From NCBI GenBank assembly GCA_964482995.1, contig CAYZZC010000003.1, positions 1 to 61,227 on the forward strand: DNA of 61,227 nt, written 5' to 3'. Source of the stretch: an uncultured Candidatus Saccharibacteria bacterium. Its GTDB lineage: Bacteria > Patescibacteriota > Minisyncoccia > Phycocordibacterales > SBAW01. Position 1 is the stretch's first letter, and each line of letters starts with the position of its first letter. Shown in pieces: positions 14,252-25,603 of this stretch. A program made the translations under genes and the position numbers. The notes under the pieces were generated by a model. It was not told where the DNA came from and ran no database searches. It worked only from the letters and a program-made list of their open reading frames with translations.

Positions 14252-15934
14252 TTAAGCGACATCAGATGGCTCGACCACAACAACCTCGGAGCTTTTTATG
14301 CGTTTACCGAGCGCCCCTATGATCTCGCCCAACTCTTTGCTCTTAAGGAGCCATAATACGCCTCCTATGGTAATAAGGCCAACAAGCCCCGCAAAAGCTC
14401 CTTGAGAGACGATACCGGTGAGTGTTTTAGTGTCAACCACCGGGCCAAAGAGCTGGAGAGTGATATAGGCAGCGACACCGCCTATTAGTGAGGCAACAAA
14501 ACTCTGGAGCGACAACCGCGCAATACTCCGGAGCGGGAGTTTAAAATCTCTGGAGAGCAAAAACAGGCCGAGCCCACATTGCACTGCCGCGCCAATCGAG
14601 AGGCCAAGCGGGAGCATCAATACTGAAGTGCCGGGGACATCAGCTACGCGCAATAAAGACTCTATAAGAGTTTGGAATGTCTGGTTATTGCGGAACAGGA
14701 GTAGGAGCCCGATAGCCGAAGAGACTGAAAAAACAATATTAACTGCAGCCAAAAAAAGCGGTTTGCCCGTGTCCCCCGCCGCATAATATGCCCGGGCGAT
14801 CAACAAAAATATTGCTTGCGCAAGCAGTGAAAGGACAAAGAGAGCCAGAGCCGCCGCTGTAAGCCTTGTCGCCGCCCAATCAAACGCGCCCGCGCCGAGC
14901 ACGACACGCACCAAGTGCGCACGCAAGACAATAATGAGGATGCTTGCCGGAAGAGCCCAGAAGATAATATGCCGGAGAGCGCCTTCAATATGCTTGATAA
15001 ACTCTTCGCGGTGGCCGTCTGCAAAAAACCGCGCAAGCGTAGGAAAAGCCGCCACCGAGTAGGAGACGCCAATGATCGTGAGTGGCACTGCTTGGAGATT
15101 ACTTGCAAAGGTAAATACGGAGATAGAGCCAACCGTGAGTATCGAAGCAAGCGCAATGAGGCACAGGAGCGTGAGTTGGCCTGCAGCCAAAGAAAGCGTG
15201 CGCGGTACTGAGAGTATCAACACTTCGCGCAGTATTTTGAAGGTTTCTTTAAAGGGTAAGTGCCGTTCAGTTTTTTCTCCAAAAAAGAACGGGAGCTGCA
15301 CTGCCGCATGGAGCAAAGCGCCTATCACAACACCCCAAGCCAACCCCGGGAGGCCGATCTTTGGGTACAAAAAGACAATCCCAAAAATAATCCCGAGGTT
15401 ATAGAAGAGCGGGCTGATCGAGTAGAGCAAGAAGCGATGCCTAAGCTGCGTGAGGTTGGCGAAGAGGTTTGAGAGCCCGAGCAGTATCGGTTGAAGCAAC
15501 AAGATGCGGGTGAGGAGTATGAGTGAGTCTCTGCTCGCGCCCTCGGCGATACCAGGCGCGACCAAAGATACAAGCCAAGGCGTACACACAAACGCCACCC
15601 CTGCCACTACCCCCATCGCGACAAAAAACAGGAGCAGTATGTTGCGCATAAACGCAATGACTAAACTGGGGTGCTCATGCTGAAGCCGAGAAAGAACAGG
15701 CAGGAGCGCGTAGAGTGAGAGCAGAGAGGCAACAGTCGCAAACAGGAAATCCGGTATGCGAAAGGCTGCATAGTAGACATCGAGCGTGTGCCCTGCACCA
15801 AAGGCAGAGGCTAGGAGCCTGTCGCGCACGAGCGCTAAGAGTTGCGAGCCAAGCGCAAAGAGCGCGAGCACATATGCTGCTTGGTGCATCCCCCGGACTT
15901 CAAGACCTATTGCTGATAAGAAGGAGCGCACCAT
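14252..15934 (-). CDS. murJ: Lipid II flippase MurJ (MviN family)
   Basis: About 14 TM segments. N-terminus SQLLALVRDRLLASAFGAGHTLDVYYAAFRIPDFLF is typical of MurJ. Confidence 0.85.
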   Translation of the reverse strand: MVRSFLSAIGLEVRGMHQAAYVLALFALGSQLLALVRDRLLASAFGAGHTLDVYYAAFRIPDFLFATVASLLSLYALLPVLSRLQHEHPSLVIAFMRNILLLFFVAMGVVAGVAFVCTPWLVSLVAPGIAEGASRDSLILLTRILLLQPILLGLSNLFANLTQLRHRFLLYSISPLFYNLGIIFGIVFLYPKIGLPGLAWGVVIGALLHAAVQLPFFFGEKTERHLPFKETFKILREVLILSVPRTLSLAAGQLTLLCLIALASILTVGSISVFTFASNLQAVPLTIIGVSYSVAAFPTLARFFADGHREEFIKHIEGALRHIIFWALPASILIIVLRAHLVRVVLGAGAFDWAATRLTAAALALFVLSLLAQAIFLLIARAYYAAGDTGKPLFLAAVNIVFSVSSAIGLLLLFRNNQTFQTLIESLLRVADVPGTSVLMLPLGLSIGAAVQCGLGLFLLSRDFKLPLRSIARLSLQSFVASLIGGVAAYITLQLFGPVVDTKTLTGIVSQGAFAGLVGLITIGGVLWLLKSKELGEIIGALGKRIKSSEVVVVEPSDVA

Positions 15935-15939
15935 GTCTG

Positions 15940-18291
15940 TTACTCGTTTAGAGGAGCGGTGGGACGCGTTGCAGGTTTAGGAGTGACCGGCGGCTTAGCA
16001 GACTCAAACGGCGGCTTCCCTGCGCGCATATTGCTAAGGATAAGAGTTACCTCTGCGCTGCTTGGGTTGCTGCGAGCGAGGTCTTCAAACTCCTTCAGAG
16101 CTTCTGCGTTTTTCTTTTGTGCGTAATAAGAGAGGCCGAGGAAGTATTTTGCATTGGCATAATCCGGCACGATCTTTATCGCCTGCTCAAGAGGAGCAAC
16201 CGCGTTTTTGGTGTCGCCGCTTGCGTAATAGAGGAGCCCGAGCTGGAACCATATAGGTGCAACCCCCGGAGCAGTTTGTGCAGCAGCCTGCGCGGCGCGT
16301 ATTGCACTGGGGATGTCGTTGTTTGCAACATTGAGCTGCACCACGAGCATAATAGCGTCGGTGTAGTTTGGTTTAAGGGTCAATGCTTGAGTAAGATATT
16401 TTTGGGTAGAAGCTACTTTGTTTTGTGATGCTTCAAGCCGAGCAAGAGCGAGCGCGATGTCTGGTGCAGATGGGTTCATACCAAGAGCTGTTTGGTACGA
16501 TTGCAAAGCATTTTCGTACGCTCCTTGGATTTTAAGCGATGCAAGGAGGTCATACACGCGCGCCAGAGAAACATGCGCACGATAATCCCCTGGGTATGCG
16601 GCGACCAGTTCCTTTCCTGCGTCTATGGTTTGTTCCACTGCAGTTTTAAACTGATCTTGTATTGCCTGAGTCGAAGCTTCGGTGCTGTTTGCGATCTGAC
16701 GGATCTTTATTATGCCGCCCTCAACTCTCAAGCGCAGGTTGTCTGAGGTAACTTCTATATTTTTTGATTTGTTCGATTGCTCAATAACTTTATCAGCATT
16801 GCCAACTTGGAGTGCCTCGGCGCCTGCATTATTTATCGATTGTGCAACAAGGCGACGGTCGGCAAAGTAAGCTCCCCACAGAGAGACAGCTAGCAACACC
16901 GCAATAACTGCCCAACCACCCATAGCCATAAGCGGCGAGGTTGCTTGGTCGTCGATAGCGTGGCGGCCTTGCCTCCAGAGGAACCCAAATGCCGCTCCGG
17001 AGAGCACAAATGCGAGCATGACTATGATGGGGCTCGGCACGTAGAAGACAATACTGCTAAACAGGAAAATACTTCCCAATGCCGCAGAAAGCGCCACCAT
17101 ACGCTCCTCGCGGGTTAAGAGCGAGAGGCGTATTGCACGGATAATACCGGCGCAGACAAGCAGCAATGGTATAAGCCAGGCAAGCGCTCCCACCAAGCCC
17201 ACAGTGCCGAGTGCGGTTACCAATGTTGAGAACCCAACATTGAAATCAAGATTCCAAAAGGCAGATTGATTTACTTCTGCTGGCTTGTGTACGATCCATG
17301 AAGAGCTAAAGGAGTTTGGGCCCGTGCCAAAAAGCGACTCTGTCACCGACCCCTCGCGCGCAGCAGATATAACACTGTAGGTCGAGGAGTATGAAGGGCG
17401 TACCTCAAGCGACGAGACTGGGAAACGGCCAGTGAGGTCGGTGTTGATACCCGCACCAAAGAGAAGGAAAACAACGGAGACAAACGCTCCAGCAACTGAG
17501 AACCACGGGACCTTTTGAGACCAAGAGGAAAAAGCGTACGGGTTTTGTTGCTCGGCATGCGTCTCACGATGCTCTGTCAAAAATGCGGTCAGACCAATAA
17601 TGAGCGACATTGCGAGAAGCAACCACCACACCAAAACAAAGTTTATGACGCCGAGCAGCGCTACAGCAGCAACGAGGCCTACCCCTTGCGCAACACGATG
17701 TGTAAGAGAGCTTTGTGCAAGTTGTGCACGAGCTAGCAAGAACACCGCTAAAAGGCCAGCGATAAGGCCAAGGTCATTCCACTTGCCTATGAGGTTGGTG
17801 GAGCGGTCAGTGAAGAACGAGAACGGGTTGATAGCAGACCCAAACACGACGATAATCAATTGAAATGCTACAACAGCTACGAGCGTCCACAAAAGCGTGG
17901 TTGCGAGTAGACGCACGGTGCGCAGCGTTTTGAAGAGGCCGAACGATAGCATGAACGCCAAAAACGCGATCATGGTAAAGAGCACAGTGTCCACCTCAAC
18001 ACTAAAACCAATCATGCTGGTCGCCAATGTGCCCGAGACATAAGCAGAGAGCAGATAAGCAAGCGGCAATGCACCTACAGAAAGTGCTAGCGCAAACCCA
18101 TGCGAGCGTACAAGCTCGTTAGTGCCTCGACCTGCAATATAGAGAACGCTGGTAAGAACAATAATAAGAGCAAACAGTGCGACCTTGCCTAACTGGAACG
18201 GGAACCACGCGGCAGGAATAATAAGTATAGTTGCCAATACAAGCCCAGTGAGAAACGCGACACGAGACCACGACACAAGTTTAGAGTGCAT
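15940..18291 (-). CDS. Polytopic membrane protein (O-antigen-ligase-like) with C-terminal TPR repeats
   Basis: The N-terminal ~480 aa are multi-TM. The C-terminal part has TPR-like repeats (ALQSYQTALGMNPS..., YFLGLSYYAQKKNAEALKEFE). Start set at MHSKLVSW. Confidence 0.6.
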   Translation of the reverse strand: MHSKLVSWSRVAFLTGLVLATILIIPAAWFPFQLGKVALFALIIVLTSVLYIAGRGTNELVRSHGFALALSVGALPLAYLLSAYVSGTLATSMIGFSVEVDTVLFTMIAFLAFMLSFGLFKTLRTVRLLATTLLWTLVAVVAFQLIIVVFGSAINPFSFFTDRSTNLIGKWNDLGLIAGLLAVFLLARAQLAQSSLTHRVAQGVGLVAAVALLGVINFVLVWWLLLAMSLIIGLTAFLTEHRETHAEQQNPYAFSSWSQKVPWFSVAGAFVSVVFLLFGAGINTDLTGRFPVSSLEVRPSYSSTYSVISAAREGSVTESLFGTGPNSFSSSWIVHKPAEVNQSAFWNLDFNVGFSTLVTALGTVGLVGALAWLIPLLLVCAGIIRAIRLSLLTREERMVALSAALGSIFLFSSIVFYVPSPIIVMLAFVLSGAAFGFLWRQGRHAIDDQATSPLMAMGGWAVIAVLLAVSLWGAYFADRRLVAQSINNAGAEALQVGNADKVIEQSNKSKNIEVTSDNLRLRVEGGIIKIRQIANSTEASTQAIQDQFKTAVEQTIDAGKELVAAYPGDYRAHVSLARVYDLLASLKIQGAYENALQSYQTALGMNPSAPDIALALARLEASQNKVASTQKYLTQALTLKPNYTDAIMLVVQLNVANNDIPSAIRAAQAAAQTAPGVAPIWFQLGLLYYASGDTKNAVAPLEQAIKIVPDYANAKYFLGLSYYAQKKNAEALKEFEDLARSNPSSAEVTLILSNMRAGKPPFESAKPPVTPKPATRPTAPLNE

Positions 18292-18417
18292 AGTTAACGA
18301 TAAACTATTATGGGGCACGATGCCCCGTTATTAATGATGACCGCTTTGTAGTATACAGCACATTATTCATCCTGTGTAATAAGCAAATCCCACTCGGGTT
18401 TCGAGTGGGATTTACAT

Positions 18418-18788
18418 ATCTAGCACGCGCGCCTGTAAGCCGAATTCTGTTTTATCCCGGCCTTTTACGGCTAGTCCAAACAGTAATTTATCTGGTCCCG
18501 GCATCGCTGCCGGGATCGAGCGGCACTCTCCCAGTAAACCGGGAGCACGACCTTGCACTAAAGGATAAGGATTTAGCCGTTTCACCCTTCGACTTCGCTC
18601 AGGGTAAACCCCAAACAAAATGAAGACTCGTCTCTGTTCGCACCTCTTGTGCCTGCTAGAAGCACATGACAGGTATTACCTGCTACCCTCCCACAACTTG
18701 CGTTGTGGTACGTGTTCGGACTTTCCTCCCTTCGACAAGCTCAGGGTAAACCCCCAGTCTTATTGAAGAGCTACTGTTCAACGCGCTA
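18418..18788 (-). ncRNA. rnpB: RNase P RNA, bacterial type A
   Basis: The minus strand contains GGGAGGAAAGTCCGAACAC (P4 5' strand), AGGGTGAAACGGC, and ACAGAATTCGGCTTAC (P4 3' strand). P1 pairs UAGCGCG with CGUGCUA. TATAAT lies about 7 nt upstream of the proposed 5' end. Confidence 0.85.
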
Positions 18789-18823
18789 AAAACATTATAC
18801 TATATATTTTTTACAAAACAAGA

Positions 18824-19291
18824 TTACTTGTTTTGTTGAATTTTTGTGCCTTCGACAATACCTGCCTTTTTGGCATATCCTCCCGGCACCTCAAGTACAT
18901 ACAGTGCAGGAGTTTTTGGGTAAAAAACTTCAGGGTAGCTCTCTGGTAAAACATTATGATATATCACACTGGCCACCCCTGCCTGGTCGGCAAAAATTAT
19001 GTCGATAGGAAATTGCATATCTTTCATCCAAATACCCCAACTCCCCTCACTCTCAAAGACAAAGAGCATGCCACTTCCATCTGTAAGTGAGGCGCGGCCC
19101 GAGAGGCCTTGCGTGCGCGAGGTTTCTGTATCTGCAACCTCAACTTGTATGGTAGTTGTGCCTATAGTAATCGTTTTCATATGAGAAGCACTTGGAAGTA
19201 TAAAAGAAAGTGGGCGCAACCCAAACATACCGACCAAAACAATCGAGCCTACCAAAGCAACAAATATTAATATGAGTTGGCGATAAAACAT
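18824..19291 (-). CDS. DUF192 family protein
   Basis: MLFVFESEGSWGIWMKDMQFPIDIIF and LEVPGG motifs. Start moved to MFYRQ (19291) because the longer ORF runs into tRNA-Ser. Confidence 0.7.
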   Translation of the reverse strand: MFYRQLILIFVALVGSIVLVGMFGLRPLSFILPSASHMKTITIGTTTIQVEVADTETSRTQGLSGRASLTDGSGMLFVFESEGSWGIWMKDMQFPIDIIFADQAGVASVIYHNVLPESYPEVFYPKTPALYVLEVPGGYAKKAGIVEGTKIQQNK

Positions 19292-19321
19292 GGCGGTAGC
19301 TCGCTGCACTTTCCTTCTGTG

Positions 19322-19406
19322 CGGAGGGTGAGAGATTCGAACTCTCGGTGCCTTGCGGCACGCCGCCTTTCCAAGGCGGTGCACTAGACCACTATGCGAA
19401 CCCTCC
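19322..19406 (-). tRNA. tRNA-Ser (anticodon GGA), long variable arm
   Basis: The reverse complement gives acceptor GGAGGGT/ACCCTCC, anticodon stem CCGCC/GGCGG with loop TTGGAAA, variable arm CGTGCCGCAAGGCACC, and T-loop TTCGAAT. Confidence 0.9.
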
Positions 19407-19462
19407 AGTGTTTTGATATTGCTCTATAATCGCCTTTTTCTCAAGGTCTATACGGTCTTATG

Positions 19463-19498
19463 TATAAAAGAAAAGCGGCCCGGGGTTCCCCGGGCCGC
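19463..19498 (-). terminator. Strong intrinsic terminator (minus strand)
   Basis: Reverse complement GCGGCCCGGGG-AA-CCCCGGGCCGC followed by TTTTCTTTT. Confidence 0.8.
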
Positions 19499-19513
19499 AC
19501 AAACATTCTGCTA

Positions 19514-19723
19514 TCATCCGACACGGAGACCCATGATTTTTGTGTCCCTGCCCTTCGTAATGCGGGGTGTGATTTTTTTCAAACCACCCCCACATTGAAG
19601 GCCGCAATTGTCGATACCCGTGTGCCCATGCCTGCGACGGTGACGCCGCAAGGCTTCAGTACGGCCATCTTCTTCGCCAAAGGCATCTTCGATAAGAGGA
19701 CGTCCGTTGACCAACACCGCCAT
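19514..19723 (-). CDS. Hypothetical 69-aa basic, Cys/Gly-containing protein
   Basis: AGGGAG RBS 6 nt upstream of the ATG (MAVLVNGRPLIEDAF...). The stop lies 16 nt before the strong terminator. No family recognised. Confidence 0.45.
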   Translation of the reverse strand: MAVLVNGRPLIEDAFGEEDGRTEALRRHRRRHGHTGIDNCGLQCGGGLKKITPRITKGRDTKIMGLRVG

Positions 19724-19802
19724 GTTTTTCTCCCTAGAAATGCCTCGCTCCACCGCGGACGAAGCCAGTGATTATTATAACATCAAATATATTTAAAAGC
19801 AA

Positions 19803-20693
19803 CTACCTCCCTCCCAACAACGCTTGGATTCTCTCTTGTACTGGCGGGTGGGTCATGAAGAGTTTTGAGAGACCGCTCGCTGCTGCACGCGCACCAAATG
19901 GGTTTGAAATGTAGAGATGCGCGGTCGCGTTGTTAGCGCGCTTCATGGGTGCTGCATAGGAACTTATTTTTTGGAGCGCGCTTGCCAACCCTTCGGGGTA
20001 GCGCGTGAGGAGCGCACCAGAAGCATCGGCCAAAAACTCGCGCTTACGCGAGATGGCGAGTTGCAAAAGAGTGGCAAAAACCGGCGCGAGCACAATAAAT
20101 GCAATAGCTATGACAGCAACAATAGGGTGATTTTTATTTTCTCGATTGTCGCCGCCAAAAAGTATCCCACGAAACACAAAGTCGGAGACTAGGGTAACAA
20201 AGCCCACTAAGACTACCGCCACCGTTGAGAGCAGCATGTCTCGGTTACCAATATGCGAGAGCTCGTGAGCAATAACCCCCTCAAGCTCACTGCGCTCCAT
20301 CATGCCAAGTAACCCCGTGGTTACCGCAACCACCGCATGTTCAGCATTGCGGCCGGTGGCAAAGGCGTTTGGCGCTGCATCAGTGATAATAAAGACCTTT
20401 GGTTTAGGGAGCCCCGCAGTGATCGCCAGATTTTCGACAATATTATGGAGGTCGGAAAACTCTTTTTCATCGGCGGGCTTAGCCCCGGCCATCGTGACCA
20501 CTATTTTGTCGGAGAACCAGTAGCTCGTGACGTTCATCACTACTGCAAAAACCACCGCGACCACTAAGATGCCTGGATTATTAAAGTAGAAAGAGACCGC
20601 CCACCCTATTGCTATAACAATAGAGAAAAACGCGGCCATCAACGCCCAGGTCTTTGCGACATTTTCGGTTTGGTGAGTGTAGAGCGTTGCCAC
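19803..20693 (-). CDS. htpX: Membrane zinc metalloprotease HtpX (M48)
   Basis: HELSHIGNRDM zinc motif, four TM segments, 296 aa. Confidence 0.9.
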   Translation of the reverse strand: MATLYTHQTENVAKTWALMAAFFSIVIAIGWAVSFYFNNPGILVVAVVFAVVMNVTSYWFSDKIVVTMAGAKPADEKEFSDLHNIVENLAITAGLPKPKVFIITDAAPNAFATGRNAEHAVVAVTTGLLGMMERSELEGVIAHELSHIGNRDMLLSTVAVVLVGFVTLVSDFVFRGILFGGDNRENKNHPIVAVIAIAFIVLAPVFATLLQLAISRKREFLADASGALLTRYPEGLASALQKISSYAAPMKRANNATAHLYISNPFGARAAASGLSKLFMTHPPVQERIQALLGGR

Positions 20694-20701
20694 GACAGAG
20701 T

Positions 20702-21262
20702 TTAGAAGCTGACTTTAACTGGCTCCCGTGCAGCGGCTTCGTCTTGAGCAAGCTCAAAGTACTCTCTCTGCTCAAAGCGGAAGAACCCTGCAATAACGTT
20801 GCCCGGGAAGCTCTGCAACCCTGTGTTGAGGTCGCGTACATTACCGTTGTAGAAGCGGCGTGCAGATTGGATTTTATTTTCAGTGTCTGAAAGCTCGCGC
20901 TGGAGCTCAAGGAAGTTTGTATTAGCTTTAAGGTCTGGGTATGCCTCTGCAACAGCAAAGAGTGATTTCAGAGCGTCGGTGAGCATATTCTCTGCCTCGC
21001 CCTTCTCTGCCGGGTTGCTAGCGCCCATTGCACGTGCACGTGCGTTGGTTACCTCCTCAAACGCTTTACGCTCGTGGGTTGCGTAGCCTTTTACTGTCTC
21101 CACCAGGTTAGGGATAAGGTCATAACGGCGTTTAAGCTGGACATCGATGTCAGCCCACGCTTCTTTGGTGCGCTGTACGAGCTTTATAAAATAGTTGTAC
21201 GAGCCAACAACCCAGAACACCAGTAATGCTGCTACGCCGAGTAAAATATAGATGATAGTCAT
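20702..21262 (-). CDS. lemA: LemA family protein
   Basis: N-terminal TM, then YNYFIKLVQRTKEAWADIDVQLKRRYDLIPNLVETVKGYA, typical of LemA. The usual LemA-HtpX pairing is present. Confidence 0.85.
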   Translation of the reverse strand: MTIIYILLGVAALLVFWVVGSYNYFIKLVQRTKEAWADIDVQLKRRYDLIPNLVETVKGYATHERKAFEEVTNARARAMGASNPAEKGEAENMLTDALKSLFAVAEAYPDLKANTNFLELQRELSDTENKIQSARRFYNGNVRDLNTGLQSFPGNVIAGFFRFEQREYFELAQDEAAAREPVKVSF

Positions 21263-21285
21263 AGAGCAATTATAGCATTTTATGT

Positions 21286-23366
<2,081 letters not shown>

Positions 23367-23465
23367 AAAATATTGGCAGTAATTAAACCTCTGTTAAACC
23401 CCTAAAGTCGCGCACAGTATAGATAAGATAATAGGTATTTGTCAAACCTGTGGCGGCGTTGCAGC

Positions 23466-23726
23466 ATGGCGCTCGCTGTGGTACGATTTTCGGTAATGGC
23501 ACTAGCGGGGATACTCCCCTACATACAAATAGTTTTGAGCGTACTGCTTATTGTTGCGGTGCTTTTGCAGCAAACAGGAGCCTCTATGGGCGGTGCTTTT
23601 GGCGGAGACAACTTCAGCGCTGGGTATCATACCCGCCGCGGAGCGGAGAAGGTCCTCTTCTACTCTACAATAGCGCTTAGCGTGGCTTTAGCGGCCTCTG
23701 CAGCGGTGGCGTTTGTGCTACACTAA
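23466..23726 (+). CDS. secG: Preprotein translocase subunit SecG
   Basis: Two TM segments with LLIVAVLLQQTGASMGGAFGG, typical of SecG. The start is uncertain (23439 TTG, 23466 or 23496). Confidence 0.75.
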   Translation: MALAVVRFSVMALAGILPYIQIVLSVLLIVAVLLQQTGASMGGAFGGDNFSAGYHTRRGAEKVLFYSTIALSVALAASAAVAFVLH

Positions 23727-23744
23727 ACAGAACGTTTTCTCATC

Positions 23745-25523
23745 ATGATATTTTTGCGCCGTCTCTGGCGTACTATAACTAAGCCGGTGTATCTTCCTCT
23801 TGTAGATAAAGCGGAGGACACTTATCTTGCGCTCTCCAAAGCTGGCAGAGGCCTTTTTACGTTCCTCTCTCTCGTGCTTATCGTGAGTGCTGTTGCACTT
23901 ATCTATCAACTCAACTCGCAACTTATCGTTGCGATACCAGGCTATGGCGGCGGGCTTACCGAAGGCGTTGTCGGGTCTCCACGTTTTATCAACCCGATCC
24001 TTGCTCTCTCCGATGCCGACCGCGACCTCTCGATACTGGTCTACTCCGGGTTGCTACGCGCAACCCCTGAGGGCAGCTACACACCAGACTTAGCAGAGAG
24101 CTACTCTGTGTCTCCAGACGGGCTCGTATATACCTTTATTATCCGCAAAAACGCAACCTTCCACGACGGGGCGCCTGTCACCGCAGAGGATATCCTCTTT
24201 ACGGTTAACAAAACACAAGACCCTGCGCTCAAGTCGCCCTTGCGTGCCAACTGGAGCGGGGTCGCCGTGGAGACTCTCGACACGCACACAGTGCGTTTTG
24301 TGCTTAAGTCTGCCTACGCACCATTTATACAAAACACCACGCTCGGCATACTCCCTAAACATTTATGGCAAGAGGTAACTGCTGAGGAGTTTCCTTTTAG
24401 CGACCTTAACACCTCACCAGTTGGCTCGGGGCCGTTTCGGGTCTTTAATATTTCACGCACTGCCTCTGGCATCCCCTCTTCCTATATTTTACATTCGTTC
24501 AATAAGTATGCGTTAGGTGAGCCCTACTTTTCTTACTTAACTCTCAAATTCTTTCAAAATGAGTCGGCACTTGCAGAGGCTCTCTCGCGTGGCGACGTAG
24601 AGGCGGCGAGCGGGCTCTCTCCGGAAACACTTTTAACAATCCCTAAAACACATGTTTTGCGCGCTCCGCTCAACAGAGTATTTGGTGTATTTTTTAACCA
24701 AAACCAATCAGAGGTGTTGCGCGACATCGACGTGCGCCGCGCGCTTGAGAGCAGTATCGACCGCGAGGTCCTAGTCCTCCAAGTGCTCCGAGGATATGGC
24801 ACACCGCTTAGCGGCCCGATCCCTCCGGATGTTTTGTCTCGCAGGTCATCCTATGAAAGCGCTGGCGCAGGACAAACAGCAGCAACAAGCAGCCGAGCAT
24901 CCGCCGCAAAAGAAAAATTATTAACAAAGGGGTGGGTAGCAGGGAGCGAAGGTGTGCTGGTTAAAAAAACCGGCAAAGGTAAAGACGCAAAAACTATCAC
25001 ACTAAGCATTTCTCTCTCAACAGGCAATGTACCTGAGCTTAGAGCCGCGGCAGAGTATCTAAGACAGGAGTGGACAAAGGTTGGCGCAAAGGTAGATGTT
25101 AAAATATTCGACCAAGGCGACCTTTCCCAAAATGTAATACGGCCACGCAAGTATGACGCGCTCCTCTTTGGAGAAGTGGTAGGAAGAGAGTTTGACCTCT
25201 TTGCTTTTTGGCACTCATCTCAACGCAACGACCCAGGCCTTAATATCTCTTTATATGCCAATGCAACCGCGGACAAGATATTAGAGCAGCTTAGGGAGAC
25301 GAGCGAGGACACAAAACGCCAAGAGCTTTTTAATAAGTTTGAGGTGGAGCTCAAAAAAGACGTTCCGGCCATATTTCTCTATACACCCGATTTCGTGTAT
25401 AGTATCCCACAAGACATCGTAAGCGCCACTCTCGGGTTCATAGAGACCCCGAGCGACCGCTTTCTCTCGGCACCCTCCTGGCATCGCGAGACCGATTACG
25501 TGTGGCCTATCTTTGGGCGGTGA
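23745..25523 (+). CDS. ABC transporter substrate-binding protein, family 5 (peptide/nickel type), membrane-anchored
   Basis: N-terminal TM then an SBP_bac_5-like sequence (DRDLSILVYSGLL..., YTFIIRKNATFHDGAPVTAEDILFT). No adjacent permease or ATPase genes. Confidence 0.7.
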   Translation: MIFLRRLWRTITKPVYLPLVDKAEDTYLALSKAGRGLFTFLSLVLIVSAVALIYQLNSQLIVAIPGYGGGLTEGVVGSPRFINPILALSDADRDLSILVYSGLLRATPEGSYTPDLAESYSVSPDGLVYTFIIRKNATFHDGAPVTAEDILFTVNKTQDPALKSPLRANWSGVAVETLDTHTVRFVLKSAYAPFIQNTTLGILPKHLWQEVTAEEFPFSDLNTSPVGSGPFRVFNISRTASGIPSSYILHSFNKYALGEPYFSYLTLKFFQNESALAEALSRGDVEAASGLSPETLLTIPKTHVLRAPLNRVFGVFFNQNQSEVLRDIDVRRALESSIDREVLVLQVLRGYGTPLSGPIPPDVLSRRSSYESAGAGQTAATSSRASAAKEKLLTKGWVAGSEGVLVKKTGKGKDAKTITLSISLSTGNVPELRAAAEYLRQEWTKVGAKVDVKIFDQGDLSQNVIRPRKYDALLFGEVVGREFDLFAFWHSSQRNDPGLNISLYANATADKILEQLRETSEDTKRQELFNKFEVELKKDVPAIFLYTPDFVYSIPQDIVSATLGFIETPSDRFLSAPSWHRETDYVWPIFGR

Positions 25524-25603
25524 TAGTAAGCAACACCCAAAGATAAATTAAACAGGGGACGGAATTTTATTTTAAAAATTATTCATTAGTTACTAGTTTC
25601 AGC

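Noticed and set aside
18824-19384. Full-length 186-aa version of the DUF192 ORF, and other maximal ORF starts (3823, 9410, 12295, 18318, 29121, 32175, 33043, 32950, 41496, 48486, 56047, 56379)
   Set aside because: The N-terminal extensions overlap tRNAs, repeats, riboswitch or promoter regions, or neighbouring genes, and they read as non-protein-like. Internal Met starts match the conserved family N-termini.
19353-19771. Plus-strand ORFs 19353..19598 and 19460..19771
   Set aside because: The first overlaps tRNA-Ser(GGA). Both read through a minus-strand terminator hairpin and lack an RBS. The minus-strand 69-aa ORF fits the signals better.
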